The notes beneath the pieces were generated by a model that had not been told where the DNA came from, searched no databases, and saw nothing but the letters and a program-made list of their open reading frames with translations. DNA of 64,000 nt. Origin: Thermoplasmatota archaeon. GTDB lineage: Archaea; Thermoplasmatota; E2; UBA202; JdFR-43. The position numbers and the translations under genes are program-made. Position 1 is the first letter of the stretch. Every line of letters begins with the position of its first letter. The stretch spans positions 3,289 to 67,288 of the forward strand of contig JAPDJP010000007.1 in assembly GCA_029259055.1 (NCBI GenBank), written 5' to 3'. Of the stretch, positions 57,646 through 64,000 are shown piece after piece.

Positions 57646-58021
57646 TAAATTCATATTCAATTTCAGCGGATTTATTGAGCATATTTGCTATTGAGCAATA
57701 TTTTCTTAATGATAATTCTATTGCATCCTTACAAGCCTTTTCTTCAACCTCTCCTTTGAATACATACGTAATTTTGATTTTTGTAAAGATTTTTGGATAT
57801 TTATCAGCTCTTTCTCCTTCAATTTCTATTTCCAAATCCTCCAATTTTTGTCTTTTCTTTTTCATTATGTTCCATACATCCATCGCTGAGCATGTTGCCA
57901 TCGCCACCAACAACGCCTGCATCGGCGCCATGGCATCCTTTCCATCATCTAATACAATGCTATGGTTGTTGGAAATACCTAAAAATTTCATATCCTTAAT
58001 ATGGAAAACCTTTGCTTTCAT
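57635..58021 (-). CDS. OsmC/Ohr-family peroxiredoxin-like protein
   Basis: 128 aa from MKAKVFHIKD... (ATG 58019-58021). Conserved APMQALLVAMATCSAMDV and LRKYCSIANML (two catalytic Cys). The upstream 103 codons of the track ORF overlap the Memo gene and look non-coding. Confidence 0.85.
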   Translation of the reverse strand: MKAKVFHIKDMKFLGISNNHSIVLDDGKDAMAPMQALLVAMATCSAMDVWNIMKKKRQKLEDLEIEIEGERADKYPKIFTKIKITYVFKGEVEEKACKDAIELSLRKYCSIANMLNKSAEIEYEFIMK

Positions 58022-58063
58022 AAGCTGTAAATAAGAATAAGAATAAAAGCTTTTAAAGAAAAA

Positions 58064-58909
58064 TTGCTTAATATCATGCGCCGAAAACCTGCTGTTGCCG
58101 GTCAATTTTATGAAGGACGTAAAGAAGCTCTTATCGAAGAAATTAGGAATTGTTTTATGAGAGGACCTGGTGAAATACCGGAAGTTAAAGAAGGAAAGGG
58201 GAATATAAAAGGAGTAGTTGTACCTCATGCTGGATATATTTATTCTGGATGGGTTGCAGCATATGTTTATCATGCAATTGCAAAAGATGGTTTTCCAGAT
58301 AAATTTATAATATTGGGGCCAAATCATCATGGTTATGGTGCTGGTGTTTCAATAATGACGAAAGGAATTTGGGAAACACCTTTAGGAGAAGTAAAAATAG
58401 CTGATGATGCAAAAAAATATTGTAGGGGGATTATTGCTGAAGATGAATTTGTTCATAAATATGAGCATAGTATAGAAGTTCAACTTCCATTTTTACAATT
58501 CCTAAAAAAGGATTTTTCTTTCATACCTATTTGTCTCAGTTTTCAAGATTATGAGACGGCAAAAGAAATAGGAGAGATTTTAAGAGAAGTAGATGATGCA
58601 ATAATAATAGCAAGTAGCGATTTTTCCCATACAAGTTTTTCAAAATTCCCCACGAAAGAGGATATAAAAGAATATGTAGAGAAGAAAGATAAAATGGCAA
58701 TAGATGAAATTTTGAAGTTAGATGCGAAGGGACTCATTGAAAAAGTGGAAAAATATAACATAACGATGTGCGGATATGGGGCGGTGGCGGCGATGCTTGA
58801 AGCAGTAAAAGGTAAGGCAAGAAATGCAAAATTGCTTAAATATGCAACATCTTATGATACTGAGCCAGGAATGTATTGCGTTGGATATGCTGGGATTGTT
58901 ATAGAATAG
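58064..58909 (+). CDS. Memo-like protein (AmmeMemoRadiSam system protein B family)
   Basis: 281 aa. MRRKPAVAGQFYEG start region, VVPHAGYIYSG, LGPNHHG, EHSIEVQLPFL and SSDFSHT, the conserved His/Asp/Cys set of the Memo family. Confidence 0.85.
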   Translation: MLNIMRRKPAVAGQFYEGRKEALIEEIRNCFMRGPGEIPEVKEGKGNIKGVVVPHAGYIYSGWVAAYVYHAIAKDGFPDKFIILGPNHHGYGAGVSIMTKGIWETPLGEVKIADDAKKYCRGIIAEDEFVHKYEHSIEVQLPFLQFLKKDFSFIPICLSFQDYETAKEIGEILREVDDAIIIASSDFSHTSFSKFPTKEDIKEYVEKKDKMAIDEILKLDAKGLIEKVEKYNITMCGYGAVAAMLEAVKGKARNAKLLKYATSYDTEPGMYCVGYAGIVIE

Positions 58910-58920
58910 TCATGTATTTA

Positions 58921-59274
58921 CTATTTTTTCAATGCTTCCTGTATTTTATTTTGCAATTCTTCTATTCTTTCCTTTAATCTGTTTTCCTGACTTTCCAAGC
59001 TTTTCCTTCTTATTTCAAGAGTTTCCTTATCTTCCTGCAATTCTTTGATTAGTTTATCTTTATCAGCCTTTATTATTAAATTCCCAACAGATTTGTAAAC
59101 GCTTGTTTTTTCTTCCAATTTATTCAATTCCTCCAAAGCTGTTTCCGTATCCCTTATTTTTGCATCAATTTGTAAGCGTTGCTGAACAATGATTTCAAGT
59201 TGTTGTTGCAATTGTTGCAACTGTCTCAATTGATTTTGCACTTGGGGCGGTAAATCTTCAAATTTTATGGCCAT
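58921..59274 (-). CDS. pfdB: Prefoldin beta subunit
   Basis: 117 aa. PPQVQNQLRQLQQLQQQLE coiled coil, central VYKSVGNLIIK beta-hairpin, C-terminal coiled coil. Confidence 0.85.
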   Translation of the reverse strand: MAIKFEDLPPQVQNQLRQLQQLQQQLEIIVQQRLQIDAKIRDTETALEELNKLEEKTSVYKSVGNLIIKADKDKLIKELQEDKETLEIRRKSLESQENRLKERIEELQNKIQEALKK

Positions 59275-59322
59275 AAATAGCTATAAGTTATGTATTTATA
59301 AGTGTTCACAAAAAATTAAGTT

Positions 59323-60783
59323 TCACAAAAACTTTGGCATCTCTGGAAGCCTAGGTAAATATTTTTTAAAGGAGGAAGGCCATTGGTCATATTCTAAACC
59401 CTTTTGAGCTAAAAATGCTGTCATCCATCTTTCCAGCCCAATGCCGGAGCATCCGCTCCACAATTGACTGCGCTGGGTCTTTATGTTGAATGCTTTGATG
59501 TATTTTTCTCCAACAATAGAAACATTTTGTATCTCCAGCCATTCCTTGCTTCTATCTCCTCTATATGGCAAATATGCTTCAAAGTCTATGGTTCCCTTTA
59601 TTTCGTTTTCTTCTTCTGCTATTAAACCAGCTTGCTGTAAATAAAATGGGGTTACTCTTGCCATTCTCCATTCTAAATCTAAAATTTTATCAAAAACATA
59701 TCTATATCTTTCGATTAATTTTTCAACAATTTCCGTTAATTGTTCCTTTGTTCCGATATAGACTATTTCGATTCTATGAAATTCATCAACTCTTTCTATA
59801 CCATGTTTTCCTCCAGCTTCATATCTATCGGAAGGAGTGGAACGGTCGAAAAGTAGCAATGGTAAATCTTCTTCAGCAATTGTTTTTCCTGCAAGAGCTG
59901 AATAAATATTTGGGCATTGAGCGTAACAAACACCTTCCTTAGGAAATTTTAAATTTTTTATCAATTCATTTTCATCAACTTTTCTTGTTATTTTTAATAA
60001 ATCAACAAATTTTTCCCAATCTTCAATTTCCCTACTTTTTGGCTCACATATGTAATAGATTTCTCCTGGCATTCCTTCTAAATGCCCCGTTTTAATCCAT
60101 GTATCAAAAGAAACATGCATTGGCTGTATTATTTCTTTGAAGCCTAATGGCAAAACAACTTCTTTTATGGCTATTTCTTCCATAGCTCTCATTATTGCTG
60201 CTGCGGGCGGAAAGAAAAACCATTTCCCTTTTCCTAATAATTTTATCCATCCCAGTTTTTGCATTTCTTCCGAAGGGTCTTTATTCCAGGCATGCTTTTT
60301 TTCTTTGCTTTGCCATATTAACTGCCAGTATTCCTTTTTTCCCTCATAATATTGCTTTTCTATTTTTTCCTTTACAAGCCTTATCATTCTGTCTATGTAG
60401 CCTTGCCTCAAAAATTCTTCATTTTTTTCAGAAATTCTCATTTTTACTTTTTTATTCTTTATTTCAAGTTCAGCAAAAGGAATCGATAATTCTTTTAGTG
60501 GTTCTTTTTCAATTTCAAATTCTATGTTATATTCTTTTAGGCTCAAGCTTCTTACTCCTATTTTATGTTTTCCAAAAAATCTTGCTAATTGCTTATATAA
60601 TTGTAAAACAATTTGATGACTCCTCCTCTCCTCAGAAACTATATTTAATAAAATTTCATTTTGATTAATAGAAAAATCTATTTTTGCTTCTATTCCCAAT
60701 TTCTCAATAAAGCTGGCAAGCTCTCCCTGTAAATCTTCTGCTGATTTGCTTAATCCTATACTGCATACCAAATCAAATTTCAT
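59323..60783 (-). CDS. serS: Seryl-tRNA synthetase, atypical methanogen type (class II, Zn-dependent)
   Basis: 486 aa. CYAQCP, GIERVDEFHRIEIVYIGTKE, EWRMARVTPF, LWSGCSGIGLERW (motif 3 region) and FLAQKGL match my recollection of the Methanosarcina barkeri / Methanococcus-type SerRS, including the Cys/Glu/Cys Zn ligand contexts. The N-terminal domain is unlike the bacterial coiled coil. Confidence 0.75.
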   Translation of the reverse strand: MKFDLVCSIGLSKSAEDLQGELASFIEKLGIEAKIDFSINQNEILLNIVSEERRSHQIVLQLYKQLARFFGKHKIGVRSLSLKEYNIEFEIEKEPLKELSIPFAELEIKNKKVKMRISEKNEEFLRQGYIDRMIRLVKEKIEKQYYEGKKEYWQLIWQSKEKKHAWNKDPSEEMQKLGWIKLLGKGKWFFFPPAAAIMRAMEEIAIKEVVLPLGFKEIIQPMHVSFDTWIKTGHLEGMPGEIYYICEPKSREIEDWEKFVDLLKITRKVDENELIKNLKFPKEGVCYAQCPNIYSALAGKTIAEEDLPLLLFDRSTPSDRYEAGGKHGIERVDEFHRIEIVYIGTKEQLTEIVEKLIERYRYVFDKILDLEWRMARVTPFYLQQAGLIAEEENEIKGTIDFEAYLPYRGDRSKEWLEIQNVSIVGEKYIKAFNIKTQRSQLWSGCSGIGLERWMTAFLAQKGLEYDQWPSSFKKYLPRLPEMPKFL

Positions 60784-60802
60784 AAAAGGAAAGTTAGGAG
60801 CT

Positions 60803-60810
60803 ATTTATAT
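60803..60810 (-). promoter_or_regulatory. Candidate TATA box for serS
   Basis: The minus strand reads ATATAAAT 20-27 nt upstream of the serS ATG (60781-60783). By eye only. Confidence 0.3.
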
Positions 60811-60892
60811 TTATTATTTATTTTGGTGTAGGTTTTTTTAATATAAGAGCAAGTAGTAAGAAAATTTTTATGGCGCTGGCAAGACTCCAATC

Positions 60893-63800
60893 CTTTCAAT
60901 CCTACCATAGTCTGATTTTAACGCTGATTTTGATTGGATTGTTATCGGTGGCTTAACATTTCAATCCTACCATAGTCTGATTTTAACCAATCTTCACCAT
61001 AGTCGTTCTGAACATAAATACCTAAAATTTCAATCCTACCATAGTCTGATTTTAACAAGACAAGAAAGGTTATAATGCCCATCATAACAGAATTTCAATC
61101 CTACCATAGTCTGATTTTAACTTTTTTAGAAATAAAAAATTGATTGTGAGATTGAAAGATTTCAATCCTACCATAGTCTGATTTTAACACAAGTATCCTG
61201 TTGATTCGCCCCCCAACGGGGGGAATTTCAATCCTACCATAGTCTGATTTTAACTACATTTACTGATAAGGCTATCGAAATGAGGATAATTTCAATCCTA
61301 CCATAGTCTGATTTTAACGGTTACCTCTATGACATCTCTAAAATCACCGCTGATATTTCAATCCTACCATAGTCTGATTTTAACAATGAATGATGTTATA
61401 GCATAATTTCCTCTCTCATAAATTTCAATCCTACCATAGTCTGATTTTAACCAAGCACCGAATCAGTCAGCTATCGATTTTCTCATCGAATTTCAATCCT
61501 ACCATAGTCTGATTTTAACTTGCTATTGAACCGAGCACATACAAGACGAACCCAGCATTTCAATCCTACCATAGTCTGATTTTAACAGTAAGAGATTATT
61601 CTCTAAAAACTGTTGCTCGTTATTTATTTCAATCCTACCATAGTCTGATTTTAACCTGGTGAAGTTCTTGTTTCATAATATACATCATCTCCATTTCAAT
61701 CCTACCATAGTCTGATTTTAACATGGCTAAAAAGTTTAGAACGAAGAAAGAGTTTTTAGATTTCAATCCTACCATAGTCTGATTTTAACAAGGGTATAAA
61801 GAAAATATCTGAAGAGAGAGGTATTCCCTATTTCAATCCTACCATAGTCTGATTTTAACTCTAGTTGATGAAGAACTGCCGAGCAAGGTAAGAAAGATTT
61901 CAATCCTACCATAGTCTGATTTTAACGCTTTACAAGCTCGACTTGAAGCAATGAAGCAAGAATTTCAATCCTACCATAGTCTGATTTTAACTGCAAGAGT
62001 TACAAGAATATGACTTTCAACATAAAATTTCAATCCTACCATAGTCTGATTTTAACTCTTAATCGAAGGATACCGGGCTCTCGCTCAGAAAAGCGATTTC
62101 AATCCTACCATAGTCTGATTTTAACCTCAACATTAGCAAGCGAGGCAATAGATATAAGCGAATTTCAATCCTACCATAGTCTGATTTTAACAGATTTTTT
62201 CTGCGTCCATTCCGATTTGCCTGATAAGATTTCAATCCTACCATAGTCTGATTTTAACAAACAAGGAAAGCTAAACATCATCTCTGGAGTTATGGGTAGA
62301 TTTCAATCCTACCATAGTCTGATTTTAACTAGAAGTAATAGACTTAGATTTGTGAGGTGAGAAAAATTTCAATCCTACCATAGTCTGATTTTAACTGCTA
62401 TTGAAAAATATCATGTGTCCATCGTAAATATCATTTCAATCCTACCATAGTCTGATTTTAACCCTTGATTATTCCCTGAATGCATTCTCCTTCTTTAGCA
62501 TTTCAATCCTACCATAGTCTGATTTTAACTTAGAAAAAATTGTAGAGAGGTGTTCTGAGAAAAATGCTTAATTTCAATCCTACCATAGTCTGATTTTAAC
62601 GTTAATCCCCCCATAGCAACAAAGTTATATAAGCTAATTTCAATCCTACCATAGTCTGATTTTAACCTCAGATAGACTCTGCCAGTATGGACAACCGCAT
62701 CTTATTTCAATCCTACCATAGTCTGATTTTAACAAGAATATACTGGAGGAAAAGTCTTGACTCCAGTTGCATTTCAATCCTACCATAGTCTGATTTTAAC
62801 GTGAAGATAAAGTAATGAGGCCGAGAGGATACATGTGGAATTTCAATCCTACCATAGTCTGATTTTAACACATCTATGAATCGATGTATATTGAGCTTCC
62901 CTTCATTTCAATCCTACCATAGTCTGATTTTAACTAGTTTCTGCATCTCTAAAGAAAAATATGATAGATGATTTCAATCCTACCATAGTCTGATTTTAAC
63001 GAACCTACGCATTCTGTACGCAACAATGTTTATCACCGTTTCATATTTCAATCCTACCATAGTCTGATTTTAACAGCAAAGATTAGATGTATTCGAGAAA
63101 ATCTTAACGCAATTTCAATCCTACCATAGTCTGATTTTAACTTTGTATAGAAAAACAGCTTTTCCAGGAGTTGTTGCATTTCAATCCTACCATAGTCTGA
63201 TTTTAACAAGACTACGAACAAAAAGAGATCATGGGATATGTGTATATTTCAATCCTACCATAGTCTGATTTTAACTAATTATCGCAGAGTCCCCACACGA
63301 GAGCAAAATCTCGCAATTTCAATCCTACCATAGTCTGATTTTAACTCCAACATCAACCTTAGCCAAAAGGTTCTGTAATTGCTTGATTTCAATCCTACCA
63401 TAGTCTGATTTTAACTATGCCAAACCAAAATGTTGCAAAGTCTCCAAAGAGATTTCAATCCTACCATAGTCTGATTTTAACCTATAGCATTAAAGAAATG
63501 CAAAAACAATTGAAACAAAATTTCAATCCTACCATAGTCTGATTTTAACCTTCTTGCTATTTTCACACCTCCTTATACTTTAAAATTTCAATCCTACCAT
63601 AGTCTGATTTTAACCCATCCTTCGCACAGATACGCCAATAGTAGGTTGAATATTTCAATCCTACCATAGTCTGATTTTAACATTCTTCTCCCTTTCCTTC
63701 ATCCAAAGCAGTGAATTATTTCAATCCTACCATAGTCTGATTTTAACATCTTAGTCAATTGGATGGGGCTATTTCCCTCAAAGGATTTCAATCCTACCAT

Positions 63801-64000
63801 AGTCTGATTTTAACGATTAAGTGAGAATAATATTATTACGAACAAAAGGGATTTCAATCCTACCATAGTCTGATTTTAACAAGTCAGGGAGAACTACGCT
63901 TTCGAGAAAGAAATCGATTTCAATCCTACCATAGTCTGATTTTAACGTAATTTTGTTTAGAAATGAATTCCTGGAAATTCCATTTCAATCCTACCATAGT
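60893..64000 (-). CRISPR. CRISPR array, 30-nt repeat, 46 complete + 1 truncated repeat, continues past the window end
   Basis: Repeat ATTTCAATCCTACCATAGTCTGATTTTAAC (plus strand) recurs with a period of about 64-74 nt. First copy at 60893-60922 (first base C instead of A). The last copy starts at 63982 and is cut at 64000. Spacers are 34-44 nt and all different by eye. The strand call rests on the reverse complement GTTAAAATCAGACTATGGTAGGATTGAAAT ending in the canonical ATTGAAA(N) 8-nt handle. Confidence 0.97.

Noticed and set aside
58022-58330. A 103-codon N-terminal extension of the OsmC-like ORF (the track gives 57635-58330).
   Set aside because: The extension overlaps the divergent Memo gene, has an odd Phe/Ser/Asn/Cys-rich composition, and full OsmC homology begins at the internal Met (58021). 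It is treated as non-coding.
61189-61224. A GC-rich palindrome inside spacer 5 (CGCCCCCCAACGGGGGGA).
   Set aside because: It probably reflects a hairpin or terminator in the protospacer source. It is not a feature of this locus itself.
62010-62246. Two ORFs in the track (62010-62246 + and 62059-62244 -) with repetitive peptides (FQSYHSLILT... / LKSDYGRIEI...).
   Set aside because: They lie entirely inside the CRISPR array. The repeated peptide is simply the translated 30-nt repeat, so they are not genes.
61521-62437. Spacers 10 (61521-61557) and 23 (62397-62433) share the 10-mer TGCTATTGAA at the same end.
   Set aside because: A 10 nt match in AT-rich sequence among 46 spacers is plausibly chance, and the remainder of the two spacers is unrelated. 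It would matter only if both map to the same protospacer region.
1-64000. Mobile elements, integrases, transposases, toxin-antitoxin pairs or cas genes, especially next to the three tRNAs and the CRISPR array.
   Set aside because: I looked for DDE/tyrosine-recombinase-like motifs, terminal inverted repeats and duplicated tRNA 3' ends and found none. Every sizeable ORF has a housekeeping or surface-protein explanation.

Overview
Visibly AT-rich, very gene-dense archaeal chromosome segment. Evidence for archaeal origin: archaeal-type AlaRS, ProRS and ThrRS, CDP-archaeol synthase, ribosomal protein L15e, TFS, prefoldin beta, deoxyhypusine and diphthine synthases, a Pop5-like protein, and tRNAs without encoded CCA. 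About 65 protein genes are tightly packed, often with overlapping stops and starts. There are three tRNAs: Ala-GGC, Ser-GCU and Lys-CUU. Most of the window (1-60.8 kb) is housekeeping. It holds four aminoacyl-tRNA synthetases, purS-purL, hutU/hutH, nadA, an H+-pyrophosphatase, a cysteine desulfurase, and tRNA and translation-factor modification enzymes. Mixed in is an unusually large set of secreted or surface proteins of 626, 502, 737, 345, 1257 and 942 aa. The right end (60893-64000) is one large CRISPR array: a 30-nt repeat, 46 complete copies plus 1 truncated copy, running off the window. No cas genes are visible. The array is probably transcribed on the minus strand, which would put the leader and cas genes beyond the right edge. 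The best candidates for something undescribed are: (i) two divergent giant clan-CD/C25-like (gingipain-like His/Cys dyad) surface proteins around a UbiA prenyltransferase and an orphan FeoA; (ii) a polytopic membrane domain fused to the wyosine enzyme Taw3; (iii) an AMMECR1 - radical SAM - QueH(DUF208) run in an archaeon, with Memo encoded 50 kb away; (iv) a methanogen-type SerRS directly next to the CRISPR array. All functional calls rest on motifs I recognise by eye in the supplied translations. No searches were run, and exact start codons are uncertain for several genes.
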